Below the pieces are notes generated by a model. It was not told where the DNA came from, ran no database searches, and saw nothing but the letters and a program-made list of their open reading frames with translations. A DNA stretch of 64,000 bases from contig OZ024740.1 in NCBI GenBank assembly GCA_964016885.1, positions 92,504,001 through 92,568,000 of the forward strand. The letters run 5' to 3'. Origin of the DNA: Eledone cirrhosa (taxonomy: Eukaryota). Shown piece after piece: positions 40,951-54,657 of this stretch; positions within the stretch are counted from its first letter, which is position 1; every line of letters begins with the position of its first letter. The position numbers and the translations under genes were made by a program.

Positions 40951-42407
40951 ATATACAACCACCAATTTTGTTCGCGTTAACATGCACATTAAAATATATG
41001 GATATATATATATATAGGAATGTAGGTGTGTGTGTATCTGTGTGTGTGTCTACATGAGTGTGTGTGTGTGTGTGTGTGTTGCGCGTTTGAACACACTCTT
41101 ATTAACAGGGGCGTATATTTATCTATCTACATTGAATGTGTGCATGTCTTTATGTGCTTATTATTTCATGAGGCTAAATATATACGATTTGGGATACAAC
41201 ATGCCATTAACGTATTTTAAAATATACATCAAACTACTCGTTTGAATGTAGTAGTTTTAGAGGAAGCGATCACTTTTTACTTGAATCCTTTAATGTTAAA
41301 TTATTTTCTGCAGCGCAATTATATATGTTTGTTTGAGTGAGTGTCCGTGCATTTGTAACTACGCTTTTGTGGCTGATTGATATATATATATATATAAGGA
41401 GGAAGTTATAGTTCACTTGAAGCATTGTGTAATGAGGTATAAACGTTTGTATATGTATAATAAAGCCAAAATAATGCAGGTACGGACATAGAATATAGAA
41501 TACAAATGCAAAAGATATTGTTGACAATTAGTCTTTTACCTTAGATTTATTTAAATGTCCTTAATTTTCGAGATAATATCTCTTCTTCGGAGGGAAGTAA
41601 AGCGGTTACACCAGTGTTCTAAATAGCTTGCCAAGTCATGCTGACAGGAAATGTTATAGAGTATCTGTTCTATCTCTAATGACAAAGAATTAAGGTTATG
41701 TGGATAAAGAGTAGTCTCCCTTTAAACTGTTTTGTTTTTTGTACATGCCTGTTTAAGTGTGTGGGAGAATGTGTAAGGTGTAAGTATGTGTGTGTGTGTG
41801 TGAGTGTGAGAAGATCTCTATACGTAAATGTGCGGGATAGATGTTATCTCGTGTTATAGCTGGTCTTTGTGTGTGTATGTGTGTGTGTGAGAGAGAATAA
41901 GTGTAACTGTAAGCGTATGTGTGTGTGTGTGTGTGCGTGTGTATGTGTATGTGTGTGTGTGTGTGTATGTGTGTGTGGGTGGCGGGTGTAAATATGGGGC
42001 TAGATGCTCTATCATGTTATACACTGGGTGTTGAGTTCTAGTCTATTATTGATTGGTGGTTGTCTTTTGTCTACAATTAGTACTTCCTTAATTCTAAGAT
42101 TGCCGAGGTTTCTTTCCTTAGATTCTATCCTAACTGTTATGGTTTTGTCGGTGTTTTTGCATTTAACTAGGTCTTTCTTAAATGAGCAAGCGTTAGTATT
42201 GAGGTGTTCTTTTCTTCTTATGTGGAGTGGTCTGGTGGTACTACCTACGTAGAAGTTGCTGCATTTGTCGCACTCTAGTCTGTATACGACGTTAGCCTTG
42301 TGGCAAAGGTCTGTGTAGTTGATGGGGCAGTTGGCTAGCCTGCAGTGTTTGTCATGTCTGGTAGAGTGTCTTTGGGATAGTTGTCCGCGTAGAGAAGGAC
42401 CTGAGTG

Positions 42408-43315
42408 GATATATAGATGACATACTCATCCTTACATCATCCCATGAGGAGGCGGATAAAATATACACAACATTCTCTAGCATGGACGCCAGCATAACGT
42501 TCAGCATGGAACACTCCGATGACCGCGGATCCTTATCCCTACTGGACTTCCAACTCAGGGTAACATAGGAAGGGAACATCCACACTTGCTTCTATAAAAA
42601 AGCCGCCAGCAGGGATCTGTTCGTACATTTCAGATCGACCCTCCCACCCAGCGCTAAGTTCGGATACATAAGGAACGATCTAACACGTATCCGGAACAAA
42701 TGCACCGACGCTAGAGACCGAGACACACACACCACACATTTCCTGGAAGTACTCAAACTGAACGGATACACGACATCCACCACAAACCATGCCAGAAAGA
42801 ACGGAGGACACCACACACGAGGCACTAAAACTCTGCTTCCTGAAGCTCCCACACTTCAGTTACGAAACAACAACAGCCATCCGCAGAGCTATCAGACGAG
42901 AGGGACTAGGTATCTAACTGGCCCACTCAGGTCATTCTCTACGCGGACAGCTAACCAAAAGACACTCCACCAGATATGACAACGGCTGCAGGCTAGCCAA
43001 CTGCCCCATCAACGACACAGACCTATGCCACCAGGCTTACGTCGTATACAGACTAGAGTGCGACAAATGCAGCAACTTCTACGTAGGTAGCATCACCAGA
43101 CCACTCCACATAATAATAAAAGAACACCTCAATACTAACGCATCCTCATTTAAGAAACACCTAGTTAAATGCCAAAATACAGTCAAAACCATAACAGTTA
43201 GGATATAAACTAAGGAAAGAATCCTCGGTAATCTTAGAATTAAGGAAGCACTAATTATAGACAAAACGAAACCACCAATCAATAATAGACTAGAACTCAA
43301 CATCCAATTCATAAC
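42408..43315 (+). pseudogene. Family B RT C-terminus + GIY-YIG, 5'-truncated upstream copy
   Basis: Starts at YIDDILIL; CRLANCPINDTDLCHQAYVVYRLECDKCSNFYVGS...RPLHI.IKEHL...IKEALII...PPINNRLELN. Confidence 0.85.
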
Positions 43316-43881
43316 TTGATAGAGCGTCTAGCCCCATATTTACACCCGCCACCCACACACACACACGCACGCGCACACACACATACAGACACGCGCTTAC
43401 ACCTCCACTTATTCTCTCTCACACACACACATACACACACAAAGACAAGTTCTCACACAAGATTACACCTATCCCCCACATTTACGTAAAGACATAGCTT
43501 CTCACACTGACACACCCACACATACTTACACCTCACACATTCTCCCACACACTTAAACAGGCAAGTACAAACAAAAAAAAACCCTTTCAAAGGGAGACTA
43601 CTCTTTATCCACCTAACCTTAACTCTTTGACATTAAAGATAGAACAGATACTCTATACCATTTCCTGTCAGCATGACTTCGCAAGCTATTTATAACACTG
43701 GTTTAACCGCTTTACTTCCCTACGGAGATATTATCTCGTAAATTAAGGACATTTAAATAAATCTAAGAGAAAAGACTAATTGTCAACAATATCTTTTGCA
43801 TTTGCATTCTTTATTCTATGCCCATACCTGCATTGTTTTGGCTTTATTATACATATACAAACGTTTATACCTCATTATACA

Positions 43882-46440
43882 ATGCTTAAAGTGAACTATA
43901 ACTTCCTCCTTTACTTACGCCTGAGCCAGGCCCAGTTCACAACTGTAAAGAAACTCTTCCAGCTATCTGAAAAGCGCGCCAAAGCTGGCTGCCAAATAAA
44001 CTTCCTAAAACGATGCCTGAATAATAACATCATCCTCAAAACTATCAAACACTTGCACCTACCAACATGCTTCAAATCACCAGGTTTCAAACGATCACTT
44101 AGCTACATACAAACATTCTGCCTAAGAAAACTCATACAACACCTACACCGCTTGCTACAACACATACAGACTATTTACAGCCTTGTACCACAACTCGCTG
44201 AAACCCCAGAACCTCTGTCCAGTGTTACCTCCGCCGCTATAGCTAGGTCATACCACCATCGTCGACACTACGAGAAAATACGCCTAAGGCAAACATTTCT
44301 CAAACTCACCACGGCTAACCGTCTTAACAACATCCCAACTGTAAGCACCAACAGAGGCGAACAAGACAGTACCAACACCGAACCTAGCGGCGCCCCAACC
44401 AACAACACAACTGACGCAAAACACCTCGTCACAGACTTGACAGGATCCCTCTCCCGAGAGGAATTAGATATCCTCAGCCTGGGTCCCAAGTTCATATTGA
44501 AACAGAAACTGGACGACAAATTATGGCTCGACTTAGAAACAAATTTCTGTCGGGCTGCCTACCAACTAAAATGGATATCGACTCTCGGCAACACCACGGA
44601 ACCGAACAAAACCAGATTCCCGATATACCAACTGGATTGCCCACTCTGTCGACCGCCTGCCAACCGCAAGCTTGAAGAAAAACTCTCGATGCTAAAACAT
44701 TCCGTATTTAACATCTTACGGAAACAGAAGAAGATAGCTCCAAACCTCTCCGGGACACAACAGCTGGCCCTGAAGAACCTACGGAATAGGGAACGTATAT
44801 ACTTAACATTCGACAAAGGTAAAGAGTTTGCGTCATCTCTCAAGTCACATACAACAACCTAGCCTGTGAATACGTAAGCGACAATGAATTATAGACAGAG
44901 ATCCCGGACATGACTGCAGCACAGATCGAAAAACAGACCAACTCCATCTGATTCGACATCTGTAAGAGAAGACAACACCCAAATAAAGTTAAGCTCATCT
45001 ACACCACTATAAATAGCAGTCTGCCCACTTTCTACCACCTCATCAAGATCCACAAGAATAATACTAAGACACAAATAAGACCCATCGTCTCTAGAGTAGA
45101 AGGAACCCTATACACAATTTCCTGGCTCCTCTCACAGGTCCACAAGCCTCTACTCTCCAACTTTCCTGGGCACGTCAGTAGCCCCGACGAAGTCATACGT
45201 AGACTACACCAACTAGCCAGAACAATTAAAACGAAATAGATACGCTTTTAGCCTCGACGTTGTCTCCCTCTACATTACAATCGCCGCTCATCAAGTTGTC
45301 GATTTATTGACGGACTGCGTGGTCGCAGAGGACATCCACTGCTACGGCCTCCTTCCGACGGACATACACCAGCTTTTGTCCTTCACAGTGGACAACACGT
45401 ACTTCACCTTCCACCACCACACATAGAGACAGACAACAGGATTACCCATGGGATTCAGCATATCAGGCCGGCTGGCCATCACCTATATGAGCCAGCTAGA
45501 ATGCCGAGCCATCAACACCTGCCATTCCCATACTTTCTTCACCCGATATGTAGATGACATGCTCATCCTTACATCATCCCGTGAGGAGGCGGATATAATA
45601 TAAACAACATTCTCCAGCATGGACGCCAGTATAAAGTTCAGCATGGAACACCCCGATGGCCGCGGATCCCTATCCCTACTGGACTTCCAACTCAGGGTAA
45701 CAGAGGAAGGCAACATCCACACTTGCTTCTATAAAAAAGCCGCCAGCAGGGACCTGTTCGTACATTTCAGATCGGCCTCCCCACGCAGCGCTAAATTCGA
45801 ATACATAAGGAACGAACTACACTTATCCGGAACAAATGCACCGACGCTAGAGACCGAGACACACACACCACACATTTCCTGGAAGTACTCAAACTGAACG
45901 GATACACGACATCCACCACAAACCATGCCAGAAAGAACAGAGGACACCACACCCGAGGTACTAAGAGTTGCTTCCTGAAGCTCCCACACTTCAGTGACGA
46001 AACAACAACAGCCATCCGCAGAGCTATCAGACGAGAGGGACTAGATATCCAACTAGCCCACTCAGGTCCTTCTCTACGCGGACAGCTAACAAAAGACACT
46101 CCACCAGACATGGCAGCCGCTGCAGGCTAGCCCCATCAACGACACAGACCTATGCCACCAGGCTTACATCGTATACAGACTAGAGTGCGACAAATGCAGC
46201 AACTTCTACGTAGGTAGTACCAGACCACTCCACATAATAATAAAAGAACACCTCAATACTAACGCATTCTCATTTAAGAAACACCTAGTTAAATGCAAAA
46301 TCACAGACAAAAAACCATAACAGTTAGGATATAAACTAAGGAAAGAAACCTCGGCAATCTTAGAATTAAGGAAGCACTAATTATAGTCAAAAGACAACCA
46401 CCAATCAATAATAGACTAGAACTCAACACCCAATGTATAA
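43882..46440 (+). pseudogene. Family B PLE polyprotein (N-terminal domain, RT, GIY-YIG), disrupted
   Basis: INFLKRCLNNNII, ILSLGPKF, NLSGTQQLALKNL, DKG, FYHLIKIHK, IRPIVS, SLDVVSLY, GLPMG, RYVDD, LSLLDF, VYRLECDKC..YVGS. Multiple stops and frameshifts. The start is assigned to ATG 43882 by inference. Confidence 0.88.
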
Positions 46441-46497
46441 CTTGATAGAGCATCTAGCCCCATATTTACACCCGCCACCCACATACACACACGCACG

Positions 46498-46540
<43 letters not shown>

Positions 46541-47007
46541 ACACAAACACACACACACGCGTTTACACTTCCACTTATTCTCTCTCACACACACGCATAC
46601 ACACACAAAGACCGGTTCTAACACGAGATAACATCTATCCCCCACATTTACGTATAGACATATCTTCTCACACTCACACACACATACTTACACATCACAC
46701 ATTCCCCACACACTTAAACAGGCATGTACAACAAAAAAAGGAGACTACTCTTTATCCACCTAACCTTAACTGTTTGACACTAGAGATAGAACAGATACTC
46801 TATACCATTTCCTGTCAGCATGACTTCGCAAGCTATTCAGAACACTGGTTTAACCGTTTTACTTCCCTCCGAAGAAGAGATATTTTCTCGAAAGTTAAGA
46901 CATTTAAATAAATCTAAGGTAAAAGACTAATTGTCAACAATATCTTTTGCATTTGCATTCTTTCTTCTATGTCCATACCTGAATTGTTTTGGCTTTATTA
47001 TACATAT

Positions 47008-47063
<56 letters not shown>

Positions 47064-47699
47064 TTGTGTGTGTGCGTGTGTGTGTGGGTGTATGGATGTG
47101 GTTTGAATGAAATTGGGTGATAGTGTGCTTGATGCGTGCTTTAAATATATTTTATGCGCAAACAAATACTGAATTGGCTTTTATTTTAGTGTGTCTGACA
47201 TATTCCGTGTTATATTATGACACAGAAAAGACCAAAGAGGAAAAACATAAAGAGTGTTTGAAAGAAAGGTTTGAATTAATGCATTGTTGCTCAAATTAAT
47301 ATTTGGAATAAAACAAAAATGATAAAAACGTTTTATTATTGTTACTATTATTATTATCATTATGAATATTTAGCAGTGGACAGGAACGGCATCCTAGACG
47401 CACGCTTAGATTGTACGGGGAGTACATGATAGGAGCGATGGGTGCAAAAGCCTGAAGTAGCTGATGTGAGGTACCTATAGATGGCCCTAATATGCCAGTG
47501 TGGATCTAGACCTACCAGATAATGTTATCCAGTTCGTATATACATATAGGATTTTATTAGATCAATAGTTTAGAATATTGTAGGCTGTCTACTTTTTCAA
47601 ACGGTCGCTTAATCCTGTCACAAGTTTGTGATTTGTATGGTTGACATAGAAAAGATGCGTAGATTAGGACCTGATTAATGTAAAATGAACATCTCGTTT

Positions 47700-48500
47700 C
47701 CGGCACGTAAGGTTTACAGGGAAGGGTTAAACAATTTAGTCAAGAAAATGTTGACAGTGCAGGTCGTCAACAACAGTTGGTGGGAGCTCTCAAAAGAGAG
47801 ATTAAACTAATTTCGATTGGGTTTAGCAAAGAATTGGCGTTAACGAAAAATAGAAAGGAGGGTGACAAGGCAATGTGTAGGGGCATTGAAACTGAGGTGT
47901 TAGCGGCGGGTATAACATTAAACCATTTCCTCTATGCGAAACACGAAGGAGACATTGTCGGAGCTAAAGCGCGTGCTCTAAGAAAAGAGGGAAGCAAAGC
48001 TGTCCTATAGGCTCAAGTGGTAGAGGCGTAGCGTAGATACTAAACCGCAATTCGGTATTTGACGGACGAGCGCTAGGTAATTCCAGGTAGATGGGTGAAG
48101 CCTTTCACCAGCACTTTGCGCAGTTGTTCGGGGGAAGTGGCGGGTGGTAGACGGTGGTGGACTTTAGTCTCTACCACGAAGGTTTACCGCGTGTCGCGAA
48201 AGCTGATGTTGAGTGAGGCGAAAGGCCGATACTTTTAGTCGGAATTCAGGATGAGCTAGTCAGTTGCACGAGGCGCTACTCACCCAGACTTGGTCTCCCA
48301 TCTGCTGGAAGCAATCTACTGCAACTGGCAGCAGACCGGTGGGATTTCCAGTTGTGTGAGCCTGGGCGAAATGGCGCTGATGAGGAGAGTCGAGAACAAG
48401 AGGGACAATTTAGCTAATTTCAGGCCAATAAGAGTGCTCAACATAGAATTTAAGATTTTGTCCAATTTGTTATAAAAAAATGTGTCACCTGTCGTCGAGG
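47700..48500 (+). mobile_element. Degenerate L1/Tx1-type LINE ORF2 fragment (linker + start of RT)
   Basis: W..ALKREIKLISIGFSKELA; FHQHFAQLF; LLEAIYCNWQQTGGIS...KRDNLANFRPIRVLNIEFKILSNLL, matching the non-LTR RT N-terminal NxRPIxLLNxxxKIL motif. Confidence 0.75.
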
Positions 48501-48929
48501 AATTATAGAATTTATAGAGATTAAAACAGGGTCCTGTGTGGCTCTGATCAATTTACAATAATCGAAAGTTTTTGATAGAGACGATTATCGATACCTGGAG
48601 TATCCATCTCATTTTTCTTTCTTGCTCTCAAAATATAAATTTCATGAGGTATGAGATTTTTCAGCTTTCACTCTGAACGGTTTTCTTCTTTTCCATTTCA
48701 TGAGGGAGATTAAAGCATATAGTGATATGCTTCATTCTAGTAAGTTTTATTAAAGAAGGGTGAAAATATCGAGATTGACTGTTGTGATTGGCCCTACACT
48801 GAATGTGGTTTACTATTCAGGAGGGAATGAATATGAATGAATACTTTAATGGACAACTGGTGGTTGTATAATTCTGGATTGAATGTGGGGTTTTCTCGGG
48901 ATTAAGTGTACTCCCCAACATTTTAATAA

Positions 48930-49112
48930 GTGTTTCTACGTTTGGCACAAGGCCAGCAATTACCCAGTTCATTATTCGTACTTTATTTTATCGACCCGTA
49001 ATGATGAAAGGCAAAGTTAACCTCGGCGGGATTTGAACTCAGAATGGCAAGTCCCGCAACTATATGCGTCAAAGCATGGCCACCGACCCTCTACTGATAC
49101 TGCAAATCCACC
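48930..49112 (-). mobile_element. tRNA-derived SINE
   Basis: Matches the SINE consensus. Confidence 0.85.
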
Positions 49113-49705
49113 TGTTCCCTTTCCCCTTCAACGATATACTTTTTTTGTTTTACATCACGTAGATCCCAATTTCTGTTGTATTTGTTCTTGTGACTCAATT
49201 TCTAAACTATATTAATGTAAGAATCACGGGTCTGCGTACGGTTTATAATTTGTTATCCCCTTAGTAAAATAATTTGGATTACTTTGAATAAATAAAGAAT
49301 GAATATTACATAATTTATCCATTAAATTTCGTGGATGTTCATTAAATATACATATGTTATTACTTATTTAAAGTTTCACTTCTTCAACATTTTCAAATGT
49401 CAACACTTCCGCTTAGTGATCGTTTAAAGAAATATTAATATATTTCTGTCACAATTTTTCCTAATGCAGTTTATATATAATATCGTCTTTTTTAATGTAT
49501 CATGGATTACGTTACTGATTACATAAGAGTGTGTAACACAGTCTTCGTTCAATTTCTGTGTATATTATTGTCAATTACGATTTTATTTGATGTATCATAT
49601 CTACATGCATATATACTTGCTTATAATATCAATATACACACTACACATGCTAGCAGAAAACTACCCCGAAGAGTGGTTTTTCTGCTAGTCTTAATCATGT
49701 ATTAT

Positions 49706-50552
49706 TATTGGCAGTATCGGTAGTGGATGAGACGTGTGTGTGTGTGCGTGTATGTGTATGCATGCCTGTGTGTGTCTCTCTCTGTCTACGTTTGTGTCTG
49801 TATTTATGTCACATAGAATTACGTTCTTTTAAGATTTGAATTGAAATCCCGCAGTGTTTAACCTTGCCTGTTATCCTTACTGGGTCGACAAAATAAAGCA
49901 CCAGCAACGTACTGGGATCTATTTAATCCACTTTCCCTTCTCGCCAAATTACCGGCCTTGTGCCTATAATGGAAATCGTTATTATTATTATCATTTGTAG
50001 TATCGGTAGAAGGTTGCACACCACGCTTCGCATGAAAGAGTTACGTCCATTTACGTACTGAACTCAACTCCGCCGAGCTTAGGTTTGCCTTTCTTATTTA
50101 CCGGTTCGATAAATTAAAGAACTATTCACGCACTGAGTTCGATTTAATCGACTGCACCCCACCTTAAACTTGTTGGCCTTGCGCCTAAATCAGAAGCCAT
50201 TATTATTATTTTAAACACGATCCACAAAATAATAATTATAATGGATACGTACGAAGTAAATTACAAATTAAAGTGTGTATGAAGTGATTTTAAAGTGTCA
50301 CACCAGTGTTTTTTGACACCGGACTTTCAACTCTCAAGGATTCAAAACACATTTTTATATATTTATTTGTTTACTTAATTATTTATTCATTTTACATCTC
50401 TTTACGTTCTGAATTGAAATCCCGTCATTGTTTGCTTTGCCTTTCATCGTTGCAGCGCCGATGAGACAAAATTCCAGTGAAGCACTGGGGTCGAATTGAT
50501 CGACTTTCACCTTACCCAAATTTATTGGCCTCGAGCCTAATTCAGATAACAA
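49706..50552 (+). mobile_element. Cluster of three older, long-form SINE copies (~49706-49990, 49995-50210, 50400-50552)
   Basis: Diverged SINE body with an extra tcgatttaatcgact...aaatt segment before tggccttg. Confidence 0.72.
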
Positions 50553-51315
50553 TATTACAACTTAAATTTAAGAAAATACTACAACATATATATATATATA
50601 TATATAAACGCATTAAATATATTATCTCCCGTTTGTAAACACAGTACGTATGTGTGCATGTCGTCCCTGATATGCATTTACTACCTTCTCTCCAGTTTGT
50701 GAATCAAATATGCATGTGTGCATTCCTGCCCTCCCAATTACTCTATTCATTCCTCTCCCCTCTCGATCCCTCTTCAAACTTATTTTCTCATTCAACCCAC
50801 ATCACTCCCTTTCTATACCACCCTCACGTTATCATTCTACCCACCTCACTTAAAATCTCACGATTTACAATCTTCTGCCTCGCCCTCCAACACCCCAGAT
50901 TTAAATGCCCGCGCCTTCGCCTTCTCAGACTTCCACCCGAATAGGAGGAGAATCCGTGCTGCTCATGATATGCACATCAGTCGCAACAAAGGAGGACATT
51001 GCTCCAAATGTAATAACATTTTGCACCAGTGATGAGTGAATCTCACTCAGAGCGATTCGGAATCCCTGCTCCGGTGGCACGGCCAGAGATACAGAGAATA
51101 GAACTGACTGACACTGCACATGTTCTGAGAAACCTACTATCAATTTAAATACTTTCTAAAGACAGTTACTCTTTTCTGTGCCCTTGTGGTATCATTTGTC
51201 TGATTATTGATTGTAAAATCTGTGTATTATCAAACTTTGCCTTAGGTGTAAATTTGACACTTGGCATGATTCAGGAAAGAAGCAGAATTCAAAGGAAGTT
51301 TCAAATAGTAATAAT

Positions 51316-51662
51316 AATTGTTTCTACTTTTGGCACAAGGCCAGCAATTACCCAGTACATTACTGGTACTTTATTGTATCGACCCCGTAAGGATGAAAGG
51401 CAAAGTTAACCTCGGCGGGATTTGATGTCAGACCGTAAAGGGACGTAACTATGCTGGAAAGCATGGCGTCCGACTCTCTACTGATACTGCCAATCCACCG
51501 CCCTTCAAATAGTAATAATAATAATTGTTTTACATTAGACAAAATGCCTGCATTTTGTGGGAGTAGAAAGTTAATTAAATCGACACCAGTGCATTACTGG
51601 TGCTTTATTTATCGACCCCGTAAGGATGAAAGGCAAAGCTAACCACGATGGGAGTTGAACTC
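51316..51662 (-). mobile_element. Young short-form SINE (51316-51503) adjacent to the tail of an older long-form SINE (51523-51662)
   Basis: ttcaaatagtaataataa is duplicated at ~51300 and ~51504, consistent with a target-site duplication. Confidence 0.83.
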
Positions 51663-52602
51663 TATTCTCATATGTACTCTGTGTATCAGCAACACAAATC
51701 CGTTCATTATCTCGTTAGTCATGTGAATAAAGAGAATGTTGGCAAGATGGAAATGGAAATAAATTAGAACTAAACCAAAGAATCTATAACGGATGAAATC
51801 GAATTTCTTTTCTGAAAGTAATTCATTCACATAATATGAGAGGTATAACATAAATATTAGCTAGATAATAGGTATTGCCAATCAGTTCTCATCCGAAACC
51901 TTGGATTTATAACCGATAAACCCTCAACAGCAATACGTTATACCAGCAATAACTATGTATTCAGTAGCAGTTATGAGAAAACAGAAATATCATGGAACGA
52001 AAGAAGAATAAATTGCGTGGTATATATGAAAAATATGAAAGTTGTCAAGATAAGTAATTCTGATATTTCAATGTATTTAACCACAGCCATTGTATAATCG
52101 AATATTTCACTAGATGATACTAGATACTTGGTTGATATTATACAAGTTATAATGCATATATTTGAGATTATAGTCTGTTTCTAATCATCATTTGTATTGA
52201 TCAAGTAAAATAGACACGTTACTTAAAACAGATCTTACTATAGAAAACAATTAAATGGTGTGTCAGTTCATCGAACAGATTTCAATATTCAGTTGCGTTT
52301 ACCAACTTTCAAAATTAAACATGTATAGAAAAGGTTGTTTTAAAATTATATATGTTACGAATTTAATTAGCATATATTGTAAATAGTGTCGGTTATTGCC
52401 CCTTTCCACATCATGACCAATGGCAAACTATGTTTGAACAAGGCAACATACTAGTTTGAAACCTGCCCCTTAATTTAACCTCAGATAATACATTTGCATA
52501 TACTTACATACGCACACAAAAGCGCGCACACGCACACATAGCTATATATCTATACCTATATCTATCTATCTATCTATCTATCTAGCTCACTCTCTCTCTC
52601 TC

Positions 52603-52696
<94 letters not shown>

Positions 52697-52698
<2 letters not shown>

Positions 52699-52936
52699 AT
52701 TTTCCTTCAAGCATAGCTTTATACAAATATGTATAGACATTACGTATTACTAAAGAAACACGGTTTTAGGTCGCTGTAGCTATGCAAAGACCGGGGCTAA
52801 CGCTCCATTGTGGTGTCTAGTAGAAGCGAGGGGGACAACCGTCTATGCATTTCAGGCTTGACTGGCCTTCCTCAGGACGGTCCCGGTGTTTCCATAGCTA
52901 CGGCTTCCTAAAACAGTGTTTCTTTAGAAATAGAAA

Positions 52937-52940
<4 letters not shown>
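52697..52940. mobile_element. Small inverted-arm insertion, family H
   Basis: 52737-52793 is the diverged reverse complement of 52882-52940. It has a ~40-nt left tail and (TA)n flanks. Confidence 0.7.
52838..52881 (-). ncRNA. Hammerhead ribozyme (family H)
   Basis: Reverse complement reads accgtc-CTGAGGA-aggc-cagtcaa-gcct-GAAA-TGCA-TA-gacggt: perfect 6-bp stem I, palindromic stem III. Confidence 0.85.
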
Positions 52941-52971
<31 letters not shown>

Positions 52972-52972
<1 letters not shown>

Positions 52973-54010
52973 TCAAGTGTAATTTTGGTAGAAAGGTCCA
53001 AGCTTAAGAACACACTGTTATAACTATTTTTACTTAAATATAATTAGGTACAACAGTGAATATACACTTACTTAACTTTCGTTCAGTTATACAACCGAAC
53101 TCATTCAGCATGTTATATATAATAAAAATGGTTAACTCCACAGGTTGCTGAAATATTTTTAGAAAATACACGAGTGTGTTTAAAGGGTAGTTAATTTCGA
53201 ATTTAGCTGTAAATAAAGAAATCCTTTAGACAATGTAAAGGGGGTTAACTATAAAAAGGCTACAAATCCACATTCATCTGCAAACATAGAAGATCTCCAG
53301 CTTACGGATGACCATGCAGAAGTCCAGAGACATGCTCACGAAATTACCAGTGCAAGACACTGACATTGGTATATGAAGCAGAAGTGACCTCCCCCAGCGA
53401 GAACAACGAAACTGAAATCTGGACCTATGTTAGAACGTCCGAGAACCGATTCATATGACGGTACCTGAACCAAGACACAAACTTCAGATATCCTGACAAA
53501 AGTCATGCCACCCAGCTCTCAAGTCCTGTGTGGAACCTTAAAAATAACAGTCCATATTTTCCATTAAATAACGTATACAACAAAATAACGTATACTATAT
53601 TTTGCCGGCCTTATACCTATGTACATACTGAATTATGCACGCAACTGAATTCAGTGAAATACTGCTTAAACACCCACGTCAACTATTTAGTTGCTCTCGA
53701 CACGAGTGAAATTCATGATGAGTAAATGGTATAGACCAGACTAATTTATTTTAATTTCAAGGAATACAATTTCTTTGAATTAGTAACTTTGCACAAGTTG
53801 CTCAACGTTTTGTATTTTTCTTTTATAATTACCTACATTTACATTATCTAAAAGGTGTGTGCATTTATAGCTAAATTCGAAATTACCTGACGTTGAAGAA
53901 TTCACGTGTATTTTGTAAAAATGTCATTCCATATAACAGGCTGAAAGAGTTCTAGTGTACAATCCAATCGAACTTAAGTGCGCGTATATATTACTGTCAT
54001 AATTAATTAT
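52972..54010. mobile_element. Old inverted-arm PLE insertion (family I) with a GIY-YIG remnant at 53351-53550 (+)
   Basis: 53040-53215 is a diverged reverse complement of 53863-54010. Manual translation gives CKTLTLVYEAEVTS...TYVRTSENRFI*RYLNQDTNFRYPDKSHATQLSSPVWNLK. Confidence 0.65.
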
Positions 54011-54462
54011 ACAAATCTATCTATGTATCTCTCACTCTCTATATATATTTATACATAAAATACTATATTAGTTATATATTTTTTATACACCTAAGAATAG
54101 CGCTATAATTTGTTTATCTTTTTTTTTTCCAAACGTACATAATACCTTACTCTTTCTAAACTAACCTACTCCATGCCTTCAGAAATATCACCATCACTAT
54201 ATTGCATACCACAACATAATTGCATATATCTACTGTAACCGATGAATGATACCACCTATAAGATTTCGCTATTTAAATTGTTTATTTAGGAGATATTTCC
54301 CTTATTTTACAAAATTTCGTTTTAACTTGTATTACATTTAACAGCATGATATAAATCTGCATAAGCCCCTGGAGGTAGGGTCAACAATCTCAATCCCTTA
54401 TACATTCTAGAGATAAGGTCAATATTGAGCCTGCAAATCTTAGGTATAGACACACACTCGCA

Positions 54463-54590
<128 letters not shown>

Positions 54591-54657
54591 TATAGATATA
54601 CACATATATATATATAAATATATATGTATGTGTGTATACATATATATATATATATAT

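Larger units (their letters stand above)
41396..47011. mobile_element. Penelope-like element family B: inverted 3' arm (41396-42408) + partial tandem (3' half 42408-~43880, then a full ~3.14-kb unit to 47011)
   Basis: Three copies of the EN/3' UTR. The tandem period is ~3137 bp (YxDD codons at ~42410 and ~45547). HHR-like motifs at 41559-41593 (-) and 46866-46900 (+). Flanked by (TA)n. Confidence 0.92.

Noticed and set aside
51022-51080. HHR-like string cacca-GTGATGA...gattc-GGAA (and a similar one at ~57650)
   Set aside because: The core is mutated at several invariant positions and there is no second copy to support it.
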